From Candidatus Cloacimonadales bacterium (GTDB lineage: Bacteria; Cloacimonadota; Cloacimonadia; Cloacimonadales; JAIOQZ01), in contig CALODV010000013.1 in NCBI GenBank assembly GCA_942492065.1, positions 1,274,543 to 1,338,542 of the forward strand: a stretch of DNA of 64,000 nt, written 5' to 3'. Below, piece after piece: positions 39,046 through 48,383 of this stretch. Each line of letters begins with the position of its first letter. Position 1 is the first letter of the stretch. The notes under the pieces were generated by a model that searched no databases, was not told the origin of the DNA, and saw only the letters and a list, made by a program, of their open reading frames with translations. The position numbers and the translations under genes were made by a program.

Positions 39046-40782
39046 ATGCAATTACATACACGTAAACTTTTAGATAAAGTATTCAGCAGCTTTGGAGTAT
39101 TCTCAATATTAATTATGGCAGCTGCAGTGCTGATTCTTATCGTTCCCATTTTCGCGAAAGGCATTGGTGCTTTCTATTTTGACGGTACAATTGAGTTCAG
39201 AAAATTCCTGAGTTATGAGTTCAACCGTGGAAATGCCGAGAAGTTGGAAAAGGAAGTAGCAGAATCAGAAATACCAAGAATTGAGGTATTTAAAAGACTA
39301 AGACAATTCAAAGAAGAGTTTGAAGCAGGAAAATATGATGAACATCCTGAATATGATAATTTCGAATACTATCTGGATGAGATCAATGAATATGTTGTAG
39401 GACTACTCGGACCTGAACCTCTTTCTGTTTCGAGAGTATACGAATATAACAGATTTGATCAGCTTCGCAGTGAATATGATATTTCAGAGTTCAACAATCT
39501 CAAAGAAAAACTTTTTTCTATAAAAGATGATGCTGTAACACCGGAACACAAAGACTTGTATGATGGGCTTAGAAAACATGTTGTGCTGTTTGAATCACTG
39601 ATTACCAGAGATCCTCAGGAACTGGAGAACTTTGAAGTTACAAATAAAGTTGCAGTCTCTGCTTCTAAACTTGTAAAAAACATACTTGATCATTTTGATA
39701 TGGTTATTTCATCAAATGATTATTCAGAATTCTATTCTGAAGTATATGATGTGACTGATCAGTTTAAAACTATTCTGCTTGATATCTCTTATCCGCTTCT
39801 CACAGACCATGAAATGGTGACAATTTCTGAGAAGTATGGTAGAACAAGATGGGATGAAGTAGCTGAGAAGAAACTGAGATTAGTTATTTGCCGTGAAGAA
39901 GTCACTTACGATGATAATGGTGATTATCATGTGAGTTATCCATCCAGAGAAATAGATTTTAAAGGAACTTCTTTAGAAGGATTATTCAATTTCTTTGAAA
40001 ACAATATCAAGAAAATGATGCTTCCACGCAAAACGGTTTATCTAAGATTTCTGTTTGATAAACCAATAAATTCTCACATGCTTGGCGGTATCTGGCCCGA
40101 GGTACTTGGTACTCTGTACCTGACTTTCGGAGCAATGATTTTTGCAGTTCCACTTGGAGTAATTGCTGCAATATATCTAACAGAATTTGCTCCACAGAAT
40201 AGGGTAATTACAGTACTGAGGTCTTTTATCAATACACTTGCCGGTGTACCGAGTATTGTATTTGGTCTCTTTGGTCTGGCATTCTTTATCAATACAATAG
40301 GGGTTTCCCCGAACAAAAGTGTTATTGCCGGATCGATGACATTATCGATATTGATTCTTCCTACAATTATCAGAGCATCTGAGGAAGCTATCAGATCAGT
40401 ACCAAAAACATATAAAGAAGCAGCTTTGTCACTTGGAGCTACAAAATTGTGGACAGTGATTACCGTGATACTGCCATCTGCACTGCCCGGTATATTAACC
40501 GGTATAGTTATCAGTATGGGTAGGGCTGCTGGAGAAACCGCACCAATCATTTTCACTGCTGCAGTCAGTGTGGGGCAGGCTCTTAAGCTTAATGAAGTCT
40601 TCTCTAACGGAACCCCGGCATTATCATGGAATATCTACAATCTGGCATCAGAACACCATAAAGTTGATGAAATCAGACACGTACAATTTGGGATGGTATT
40701 GACACTTATCACATTGGTAATTTTACTTAATCTTGCGGCTATAATCATCAGAGCAAGAGTTTCAAAGAATTTAAAGCAATAA
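39046..40782 (+). CDS. pstA: Phosphate ABC transporter permease PstA with a soluble insertion of about 300 aa after TM1
   Basis: The C-terminal part of about 240 aa is a normal PstA core (EAALSLGATKLWTVITVILPSALPGILTG). Residues about 45-345, between TM1 and the core, are acidic and non-membrane. Confidence 0.85.
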   Translation: MQLHTRKLLDKVFSSFGVFSILIMAAAVLILIVPIFAKGIGAFYFDGTIEFRKFLSYEFNRGNAEKLEKEVAESEIPRIEVFKRLRQFKEEFEAGKYDEHPEYDNFEYYLDEINEYVVGLLGPEPLSVSRVYEYNRFDQLRSEYDISEFNNLKEKLFSIKDDAVTPEHKDLYDGLRKHVVLFESLITRDPQELENFEVTNKVAVSASKLVKNILDHFDMVISSNDYSEFYSEVYDVTDQFKTILLDISYPLLTDHEMVTISEKYGRTRWDEVAEKKLRLVICREEVTYDDNGDYHVSYPSREIDFKGTSLEGLFNFFENNIKKMMLPRKTVYLRFLFDKPINSHMLGGIWPEVLGTLYLTFGAMIFAVPLGVIAAIYLTEFAPQNRVITVLRSFINTLAGVPSIVFGLFGLAFFINTIGVSPNKSVIAGSMTLSILILPTIIRASEEAIRSVPKTYKEAALSLGATKLWTVITVILPSALPGILTGIVISMGRAAGETAPIIFTAAVSVGQALKLNEVFSNGTPALSWNIYNLASEHHKVDEIRHVQFGMVLTLITLVILLNLAAIIIRARVSKNLKQ

Positions 40783-40792
40783 TGAGGTATAA

Positions 40793-41623
40793 ATGAGCGA
40801 AGGAAAATTTGTTTTTTCAACATCAGAATATAAATCGTTAAAAACAGGCGTTGTGATGTTGCCTGAAGAACAATCTCATCTGGTGACAAAAGATTTTTCA
40901 GTGTATTACGGAAAACATCAGGCGGTGAAAAATGTAACCGTTAATATCCCTAAAAAGAAAGTAACTGCCATAATAGGTCCTAGTGGTTGTGGTAAAAGTA
41001 CATTTCTCAGATCTATTAACAGAATGAATGATCTGATACCAATATGTCACACAACCGGTGACTTACTATATGAAAAACAGAATATATTTGATAAAAGAAT
41101 AGATGTTGTCTTACTCAGGAAAAAAATAGGTATGGTTTTCCAGAAACCAAATCCTTTCCCAAAGAGTATCTATGAAAACATCGTGTATAGTCCCAGACTT
41201 CAGGGAAAAAGAAATAAAAAAGAATTAAATGAGATCGTGGAAAGATGCCTGAAGGGTGCAGCATTATGGGATGAAGTCAAAGACAGACTTGATAAAAATG
41301 CTCTGGGATTGTCGGGTGGACAGCAGCAGAGGTTATGTATAGCGAGAGCTCTGGCAGCAGATCCGGAAATTCTGCTTATGGATGAACCTACATCTGCACT
41401 GGACCCTCAAGCTACTCTTAAGATAGAGAATCTGATTGACTCTCTCAGTAATGACTATACGATTGTAATTGTAACTCACAACATGTCGCAGGCAGCACGT
41501 GTTTCAAATTATACAGCTTTCTTCTATGAAGGCGTATTGATAGAGTTTGCTGAAACTCAGAATGTTTTCGAAACACCAAACATTAAACAGACTGAAGATT
41601 ACATAACCGGACGATTCGGATAG
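40793..41623 (+). CDS. pstB: Phosphate import ATP-binding protein PstB
   Basis: [35 protein letters not shown]. Confidence 0.93.
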   Translation: MSEGKFVFSTSEYKSLKTGVVMLPEEQSHLVTKDFSVYYGKHQAVKNVTVNIPKKKVTAIIGPSGCGKSTFLRSINRMNDLIPICHTTGDLLYEKQNIFDKRIDVVLLRKKIGMVFQKPNPFPKSIYENIVYSPRLQGKRNKKELNEIVERCLKGAALWDEVKDRLDKNALGLSGGQQQRLCIARALAADPEILLMDEPTSALDPQATLKIENLIDSLSNDYTIVIVTHNMSQAARVSNYTAFFYEGVLIEFAETQNVFETPNIKQTEDYITGRFG

Positions 41624-41631
41624 GAGAAAAT

Positions 41632-42300
41632 ATGGCAATTCATCTAATCAGAGAAATTGATAAATTAAAAAAAATGATTATTCATCTCAGTGATCTTGTT
41701 GAGAAAAACATTAAGGCTACAATGAAAGCCGTAATTGATAACGATCCTGAACTTGCCCAACAGGTTATAAAAAGAGATGAATCTATTGACAGTATGGAAA
41801 TTGAGATAGAAGAAGAATGTCTTAAAGCTTTTGCTTTGTATCAGCCTGTTGCTAACGATCTTAGATTTATCGTGGCAATTCTCAAGGTAAATAATGATAT
41901 GGAGAGAATCGGAGACCTGGCAGCAAATATTGCTAAAGCTGCGATTTTTCTCCAGGATTTTGAAGTCAAAAGTTGTCTTCAAGAGCTTGAATTCGAGTTA
42001 ACAGCCAATAAAGCTTTGACTATGTTTAAAAAAAGTTTTGAATCTCTTCTGAGTCTGGACGCAAAAGTGGCATTTGATGTCTGTCAGTCAGATGATGAAG
42101 TTGACGATCTGGTACACAAAGCACATAAAAAAATCCAGAAGTATATGATTGAGTCTCCGGATCATATTGAATACTTACTGAGAATCTTATACATTTTCAG
42201 ACATTTAGAAAGAATAGCTGATCTATCAACTAACGTAGCTGAAGATACGGTCTACCTGAAAGAAGGCAGTATAATAAGACATGGAAACGATATTGAATAA
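41632..42300 (+). CDS. phoU: Phosphate signalling complex protein PhoU
   Basis: 222 aa with two PhoU repeats (DESIDSMEIEIEEECL and DDEVDDLVHKAHKKI). Located directly after pstB. Confidence 0.9.
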   Translation: MAIHLIREIDKLKKMIIHLSDLVEKNIKATMKAVIDNDPELAQQVIKRDESIDSMEIEIEEECLKAFALYQPVANDLRFIVAILKVNNDMERIGDLAANIAKAAIFLQDFEVKSCLQELEFELTANKALTMFKKSFESLLSLDAKVAFDVCQSDDEVDDLVHKAHKKIQKYMIESPDHIEYLLRILYIFRHLERIADLSTNVAEDTVYLKEGSIIRHGNDIE

Positions 42301-42378
42301 ACTACTTCAAATATGCATATGACTTTCCAAATCTTTCATTTAGAAAAAACATAAATTGAATAATCAGTATCCTAGCTT

Positions 42379-42413
42379 AGACTGACTGTAATTTTACTGG
42401 TCAGTCTTTTTTT
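42379..42413 (+). terminator. Rho-independent terminator of the pst-phoU operon, overlapping the 3' end of the convergent sigma gene
   Basis: AGACTGAC...GTCAGTCT stem followed by T6. Confidence 0.75.
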
Positions 42414-42891
42414 CCATAAAGAACCTTAATTTACGCATAGCTTTCCTGTACTTCTGTCTTACTTTTTCTCGACGTTGATTTTTCAGCTTGGCAATCTGAG
42501 ATAAAGGCATTTCTTTTTCGTACATATACTTGATTATTTCAATTTCCTCTTCAGACATAGTGTCCGGAAACTCGGCTATAACTTCTGATTTTTCCTGACT
42601 AAGGTCTCCAAAAGATTTTTCATCAGCAAGAATATCCGTGTTAAGGTCTGCTGATGCTCCGGAATATGTAATCTCTTTATCAAGGAATTTAAGGATTCTT
42701 TTGCGAATCCAGAACAGTGCGTAAGAAGAAAATTGAGTACCTTTGTCCGGATCATATTTTGATTGAGCTTCCAGAACTCCAAGTAACCCTTCCTGAACAA
42801 GGTCATCATAAGAATTGCAATACTTTGCATATTTACGAGCTACTGAATGTACAAACGAAATGGTCTTTTCATTAATAATGTTTTCTGTCAT
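42394..42891 (-). CDS. Sigma-70 family RNA polymerase sigma factor (regions 2 and 4 only)
   Basis: Region 2: DDLVQEGLLGVLEAQSKYDPDKGTQFSSYALFWIRKRI. Region 4 HTH: MPLSQIAKLKNQRREKVRQKYRKAMRKLR. Its ATG shares one base with the phoR stop (TAATG). Confidence 0.85.
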   Translation of the reverse strand: MTENIINEKTISFVHSVARKYAKYCNSYDDLVQEGLLGVLEAQSKYDPDKGTQFSSYALFWIRKRILKFLDKEITYSGASADLNTDILADEKSFGDLSQEKSEVIAEFPDTMSEEEIEIIKYMYEKEMPLSQIAKLKNQRREKVRQKYRKAMRKLRFFMEKKTDQ

Positions 42892-44627
42892 TAATTTTCC
42901 TGAGTTAATGGTAATGTCACTATGAATTCAGTTCCCTGATTCATTTTACTTTTCACATCTATTGTGCCCTTGTGTTTGATAACAATATGTTTAACAATAC
43001 TTAAGCCTAACCCCGTTCCACCATACTTTTTGGATCTGGATTTATCTACAACATAGAATCTTTCAAATAAGTGTGGGATATTTGATTCCGGAATTCCTGC
43101 ACCCGAGTCTTTCACTGAAAACACAACACAATTCTCATTAGTTGTGCAACTGAGGCGTATTTTACCTTTATCTGTATATTGATAAGCATTCTGCAGCAGG
43201 TTGATGAGTACCTGCTCTATTCTGAAGTCATCCAGATAAACTTGAGGAAGGTTTTTCTGAATATCCAGAACAAAATCTATATTTTTTTTGTGGAATTTAT
43301 CTGTGAATAAGGAAGCAGCATTATTAATAATCTGATTCAGATCAGATAATTTGAAGTCAAACTTTATGTCTCTTTCTACAGTAGCAAGATGAAGCAGGTC
43401 TTTGACAATATTCACCAGCCTGTTCGTATTTCTTTCGATAACATCGAGATAATACTTTTGTGATGGATCAGTCACTTCATCCTGTAGTGCTTCCATAAAA
43501 CCTTTGATAGCTGTTAGTGGAGTTTTCAGTTCATGCGATACATTCAGCATCAGGTCTTTTTTCATCCTGACGAGTTTCTCATATTCACTAATATCATGGA
43601 ATATCACTACAACATGCTCAAAGTCAGGTAGAAATGACATACTGCAGAGGAAATGACTGTCCTGAATATCAATTTCAAAATTATCGTCCTTCCTACTTTT
43701 AAAGACAGACTCAATTTTGTTGCTGATATCAATATCGCGCATTATCTCCCAGTAATGAACCTGAGACTCAGATAATACCGGGAATTGCTGTTTGAATTTC
43801 TGGTTGCTTTTTATAATAATGCCATCTTTTGTGATGAGGCACAAGGCTTCCTGGATATAAGTAATAGTAGCATTCAGAATCTCTTTCTGGTGCTGCAGTT
43901 CTTCCATGGAGTTCCTGAGAGAATCTACCATAAGGTTAAAACTGTCAGCAACATCCCGCAATTCGTCAGTTCGTCTCAGATGCACCTTCGTGTTGTAATA
44001 TCCCTGGGTTACTTTTCTGGTGGCAGCAGCCAGAACCTGAATAGGTCTGGATATTCCTCGAGTAAAGAGGTAGGCAGCAACAAGTGTTATCATAAAAGTA
44101 ATAAGCAGTATATTGATGATTTCAGACTGCAGAGAATTAAGCAGTTCATTGAGTTTACTCATATACATACTTACACGCAGCACTCCGTAAAACTCTCCAT
44201 TGTATGCTACAGGAATTGCCAGATAGAACATTCGTTTCTGTAATGTATTACTATATCTTATTGATACACCGACATTTTTGTCAAATGCTTGTTTTATTTC
44301 AGGTCTGTTCAGGTGATTGTTCATTTCTAATGGGTTTTTGTCAGATTCTGCCAGGACTTTTCCCTTTGGGCTGACAATAGTTATCCTGACATTGATCTTC
44401 TCAGCAAGTTCCTCAACAAGATTTGTTAATTCCTGATAATCATTTTCTGACCAGACACTTGATATTTTCTGCTCTATGAGATAAGCAGTGTTTTCCATAT
44501 GTTCTTTGAAACTCTGCTTATAGTTACTTGTAATCAACCTGAAAGCAAAGAAAGAATAGAAAAAGGCAAAAAGGAGAACAATGAGTATGTACCCACTGAA
44601 AATCTTGTAGAAAATTTTGTTTCTCAT
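42891..44627 (-). CDS. phoR: Phosphate regulon sensor histidine kinase (PhoR-like)
   Basis: Two TM segments, HAMP and PAS domains. H-box VSHELKTPLTAIKGF. HATPase boxes DSGAGI and GGTGLGLSIVKHIV. Located next to phoB and opposite pstSCAB-phoU. Confidence 0.85.
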   Translation of the reverse strand: MRNKIFYKIFSGYILIVLLFAFFYSFFAFRLITSNYKQSFKEHMENTAYLIEQKISSVWSENDYQELTNLVEELAEKINVRITIVSPKGKVLAESDKNPLEMNNHLNRPEIKQAFDKNVGVSIRYSNTLQKRMFYLAIPVAYNGEFYGVLRVSMYMSKLNELLNSLQSEIINILLITFMITLVAAYLFTRGISRPIQVLAAATRKVTQGYYNTKVHLRRTDELRDVADSFNLMVDSLRNSMEELQHQKEILNATITYIQEALCLITKDGIIIKSNQKFKQQFPVLSESQVHYWEIMRDIDISNKIESVFKSRKDDNFEIDIQDSHFLCSMSFLPDFEHVVVIFHDISEYEKLVRMKKDLMLNVSHELKTPLTAIKGFMEALQDEVTDPSQKYYLDVIERNTNRLVNIVKDLLHLATVERDIKFDFKLSDLNQIINNAASLFTDKFHKKNIDFVLDIQKNLPQVYLDDFRIEQVLINLLQNAYQYTDKGKIRLSCTTNENCVVFSVKDSGAGIPESNIPHLFERFYVVDKSRSKKYGGTGLGLSIVKHIVIKHKGTIDVKSKMNQGTEFIVTLPLTQEN

Positions 44628-44635
44628 AAATCTAC

Positions 44636-45322
44636 TTATTGTTCTAGTTCCAGTTTGTAACCAACTCCCCTGACGTTCTTAATGAATTTTCCTGTCTCAC
44701 CTAACTTTTCACGGAGATTTTTAACGTGAACATCAACAGTTCTGTCAATAACAGCTTTTTCTTTTCCCCAGAGATAATCAAGTATCTTGTCACGACTGAA
44801 AACCCAACCCTGTTTTTCTATAAACAGTTTCAGAAGTTTAAACTCTGTAGATGTTAAATCTACTTTTTTGTTTTGTACCCATACTTCATACGTATTGGTG
44901 TTCATTTTGAGATATCCGCTGATTCCTATTGTCTCAGATTTTTCGACTTTTTTGGTCCTTCTGATAATTGCTTTAACTCTGGCAACGAGTTCGCGAGGAG
45001 AAAACGGTTTAGTAATATAATCATCTGCACCAAGTTCAAGGCCAAGGATTTTATCCATTTCATCATCTTTGGCAGTGAGCATAATTACCGGAATCGTTTC
45101 ATATTCGCGATGCTTTCTGATTTCTTTGCAGATATCCATTCCATCTACATCAGGGAGCATAAGGTCAAGTACGATTAATGCCGGGATGTCTGTTTTCATG
45201 GCTTTCCAGAAATCTGGAGCATTATCAAATGTCACACTAGAAAAACCGGACTTGTTAAGATTGAGAGCAACGAGGTCAAGAATGTCTTGTTCATCATCAA
45301 GAACATATATTAACTTATTCAA
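44636..45322 (-). CDS. phoB: Phosphate regulon response regulator (OmpR/PhoB family)
   Basis: Receiver domain (LIVLDLMLPDVDGM). Winged-helix output domain (LTSTEFKLLKLF..., RTVDVHVKNLREKL). Confidence 0.88.
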   Translation of the reverse strand: MNKLIYVLDDEQDILDLVALNLNKSGFSSVTFDNAPDFWKAMKTDIPALIVLDLMLPDVDGMDICKEIRKHREYETIPVIMLTAKDDEMDKILGLELGADDYITKPFSPRELVARVKAIIRRTKKVEKSETIGISGYLKMNTNTYEVWVQNKKVDLTSTEFKLLKLFIEKQGWVFSRDKILDYLWGKEKAVIDRTVDVHVKNLREKLGETGKFIKNVRGVGYKLELEQ

Positions 45323-45462
45323 AATATCTCCTTGAGAGCTTCACTTGTTGTAAAATCTCTCTCTTTGTTTAAATTCATTGACATTATTTTACTCCGAGGT
45401 GTCAATTATTTTCTTACATGTATTATACAAAAATCGGTAAGTATTTTTTATTGGAGAGAAAT

Positions 45463-45978
45463 GTGAGACTCATTGTTGAAACTGACAGACTTATATTGAG
45501 AGAATTATGTGAAAATGACCTGGAGGACTTGTCGGAAATTCTTCAGGATTCAACAACCATGAAGTACTATGAACACGCCTTCAGTAATGAGGAAGTTCTG
45601 GACTGGTACAACAGGCAGATTGAGCGTTACAGGAAAGATGGATTTGGATTATGGGCAGTTGTACTTAAAGATAACGGAAAAATGATTGGTCAGATCGGGT
45701 TGACTGTGCAGGTGGTCGAAGATGTTTCAGAGATTGAAATAGGGTATCTTCTTAACAAGCGCTTCTGGCATAAAGGTTATGCAATAGAAGCAGCTGAGAT
45801 CTGTAAAAACTATGCATTTAATGTGTTGAAACTTCCCAGAGTTGTCAGTATGATTCGCGATACTAACCTTCCCTCACGGAGAGTTGCTGAAAAAAATGGT
45901 ATGAAGATTGAAAAAGAGTTTACAAAACATTACTATGGTATGGATATGCAACATATTTTGTATGTATTAGAAAAATAA
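45463..45978 (+). CDS. GNAT family N-acetyltransferase (RimJ/RimL-like)
   Basis: IVETDRLILREL..., GFGLWAVVLKDNGKMIGQIGL, RFWHKGYAIEAAE. The GTG at 45463 has RBS GGAGAG; the track ORF starts at ATG 45418, so the start is uncertain. Confidence 0.8.
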   Translation: MRLIVETDRLILRELCENDLEDLSEILQDSTTMKYYEHAFSNEEVLDWYNRQIERYRKDGFGLWAVVLKDNGKMIGQIGLTVQVVEDVSEIEIGYLLNKRFWHKGYAIEAAEICKNYAFNVLKLPRVVSMIRDTNLPSRRVAEKNGMKIEKEFTKHYYGMDMQHILYVLEK

Positions 45979-46104
45979 ATCATTTTTATGATATGTAACT
46001 TTATCAAAGCAGATTTAAAATATAATGAAAAACTATTCCGTTTATTCAAGAGTATCAATTAGTATATTCTAAAAAGAATAAATGTCTCAATAAAAGGAGA
46101 AGAA

Positions 46105-47328
46105 ATGAACAACGTAAAAGAAAGATTCCTCAAATATGTCAGCTTTTCCACTCAATCTGACTCCGGAAGCAGCTCTTGTCCAAGTACTCAAGGACAATTT
46201 GTATTGGGAGAGTTTTTAGTTGAGGAACTGAAAGAACTCGGGCTTAAAGATGTTAAGATAGATGAAAACGGTTATGTTACAGGTGTTTTACCTGCTAATA
46301 CAAAGAAAGTTATTCAGACTGTCGGGTTTATTGCTCATATGGATACCTCTCCGGATATGTCAGGAGAAAATGTTAATCCTCAGATTATCGAAAACTATAA
46401 GGGGGATGACATTATTCTTAACAAAGAGAATAATATTGTTCTCAGTCCTTCTGAATTTCCTAAACTGAAGAATTATATCGGCAATGATATTGTCACAACA
46501 GACGGTACAACTCTTCTGGGAGCAGATGATAAGGCGGGAGTTGCAGAAATTGTAACAGCCATGGAATATCTTATTGCTCATCCCGATATCGAACATGGTG
46601 ATATAAAAGTCGGTTTTACTCCTGATGAAGAAATCGGTAGAGGTGCTGATAAATTTGATGTTGAGGGATTCAATGCTGATTTTGCTTATACAATAGACGG
46701 GGGAGAAGTTGGAGAGCTTGAATACGAGAACTTCAATGCCGCATTTGCCAGTATAGAGATTCAGGGAAGAAATGTTCACCCGGGTACTGCAAAGAATACT
46801 ATGATAAACTCAATGAGTCTTGCCATGGAGCTCCATTCACTTTTACCTGTTCATCAGGTACCGGAAGCAACTGAGAATTACGAAGGCTTTTTCCATCTGA
46901 TTAACTTTGACGGTTCAGTAGAAAAGACTTCCATAGCCTACATTATACGTGACCATGACATGGCTAAATTCGAAGAGAAAAAAGAGCTGATGACTCAGGT
47001 TGTGGAATTTATGAATAAGAAATACGGCAACAGATTTATGTTGATGCTAAAAGATTCATACTACAATATGCGTGAAAAAATCGAACCTGTAATGTATGTG
47101 GTTGAACTTGCCAGAAAATCTATGGAACAGGAAGGAATCAAACCTCTAATCCATCCCATACGTGGTGGAACTGATGGGGCAAGACTGTCATACATGGGAC
47201 TTCCTACTCCCAATATTTTTACCGGAGGTCATAATTTTCATGGTAAATACGAATATATCCCAATTCAGTCAATGGAAAAAGCAGTTAAAACTATCGTAAG
47301 AATAGTACAGAATTTAACAAAAATTTAA
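46105..47328 (+). CDS. pepT: Peptidase T (tripeptide aminopeptidase, M20B)
   Basis: MNNVKERFLKYVSFSTQSD..., HMDTSPD, GADDKAGVAEI, TPDEEIGRGA, and a C-terminal PepT-type fold. RBS AAGGAG. Confidence 0.92.
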   Translation: MNNVKERFLKYVSFSTQSDSGSSSCPSTQGQFVLGEFLVEELKELGLKDVKIDENGYVTGVLPANTKKVIQTVGFIAHMDTSPDMSGENVNPQIIENYKGDDIILNKENNIVLSPSEFPKLKNYIGNDIVTTDGTTLLGADDKAGVAEIVTAMEYLIAHPDIEHGDIKVGFTPDEEIGRGADKFDVEGFNADFAYTIDGGEVGELEYENFNAAFASIEIQGRNVHPGTAKNTMINSMSLAMELHSLLPVHQVPEATENYEGFFHLINFDGSVEKTSIAYIIRDHDMAKFEEKKELMTQVVEFMNKKYGNRFMLMLKDSYYNMREKIEPVMYVVELARKSMEQEGIKPLIHPIRGGTDGARLSYMGLPTPNIFTGGHNFHGKYEYIPIQSMEKAVKTIVRIVQNLTKI

Positions 47329-47337
47329 TATATTTTG

Positions 47338-47378
47338 CAGCATCATTCCGGCAGTTGCTGTCGGAATGGTGCTGTTTA
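47338..47378 (+). terminator. Strong hairpin terminator after pepT
   Basis: 17-bp stem CAGCATCATTCCGGCAG/CTGTCGGAATGGTGCTG (two G-U pairs) with a 3-nt loop, followed by TTT. Confidence 0.7.
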
Positions 47379-47512
47379 GACGGCTGTCTACCTAACTTCT
47401 GTTATTCTATCAACTTCTCTTTTAACAAATAATTTATTGATTTCCTTATATTACGATTTGACACAATTTATGTATTAATTCTTTTGGGAAAAAATGAACG
47501 CAAGGATAAAAA

Positions 47513-48325
47513 ATGATCTGGCTGATACTCAGTATAACAGCATCTGTGATAATAGGTAACCTACTGAAACACCTGTCTAATAAGAAGGCAGAGATATATC
47601 ATGTGTTTTTGGGTAATTACATACTGGCATCTGTATTCAGCTTGAGCATTAATAAATTCAATCTGCCTCAATACTCTCACACTGATTTCGGGCTATCTCT
47701 TTTAGCCGGATTTCTGCTTATAATATGCTTCATTTTGTATAGGAAGAATATTCATGTGAATGGATTATCTGTCAGTGTTGGATTCATGAGATCGGCTTTA
47801 ATCATTCCCATTATTCTCTCACTGCTGCTTTTCTCCGAGGAACTAACCATTCTGGTTGTGATGGGTATCGTGCTTATCCTGTTTTCATTTGCAGCATTAT
47901 CCAATAAAAAAGAAGTACATAACATAATGCTTCTGTTCATGCTCTTCGCTTTTTCCGGCTTAATTGATTTCACATTCAAGGTGTTCAGCAAGATCGGGAC
48001 AATCAATGAAGGCAGTTTTCTTTTCTATTCATTTCTGGCTGCAGCCTTGATAAACATTGTTTTTATAAGAGTCAAGAAACTGAAGTTTTCTCTGAACAGC
48101 TTTTTGTGGGGAATAGTATTAGGGTTTCCAAACCAGCTGACAGCTTTATTCTTTATCAGATCACTTGATACAATACCTTCCGGCGTAGCTTATCCAATGC
48201 GGGGTGGAAGTGTGGTACTGCTAAGTGTATTGACCGATATAGTATTATGGAAATCAAAGATAAAGAGAAAATCTCTGCTTATTTATGCTGTTCTGTTATG
48301 TGGTGTAATACTTATTAATCTGTAG
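47513..48325 (+). CDS. Polytopic membrane protein (possibly DMT/EamA-like)
   Basis: 270 aa with about 8-10 hydrophobic helices. No diagnostic motif was recognised. Confidence 0.5.
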   Translation: MIWLILSITASVIIGNLLKHLSNKKAEIYHVFLGNYILASVFSLSINKFNLPQYSHTDFGLSLLAGFLLIICFILYRKNIHVNGLSVSVGFMRSALIIPIILSLLLFSEELTILVVMGIVLILFSFAALSNKKEVHNIMLLFMLFAFSGLIDFTFKVFSKIGTINEGSFLFYSFLAAALINIVFIRVKKLKFSLNSFLWGIVLGFPNQLTALFFIRSLDTIPSGVAYPMRGGSVVLLSVLTDIVLWKSKIKRKSLLIYAVLLCGVILINL

Positions 48326-48333
48326 AAAAAGTA

Positions 48334-48360
48334 AAGCCCACCGAATAATTCAATGGGCTT
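48334..48360. terminator. Hairpin shared by two convergent genes
   Basis: AAGCCCA-13 nt-TGGGCTT, located between the stops at 48325 (+) and 48384 (-). Confidence 0.45.
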
Positions 48361-48383
48361 GTATGGCGTGAGTAGAGTTATAT

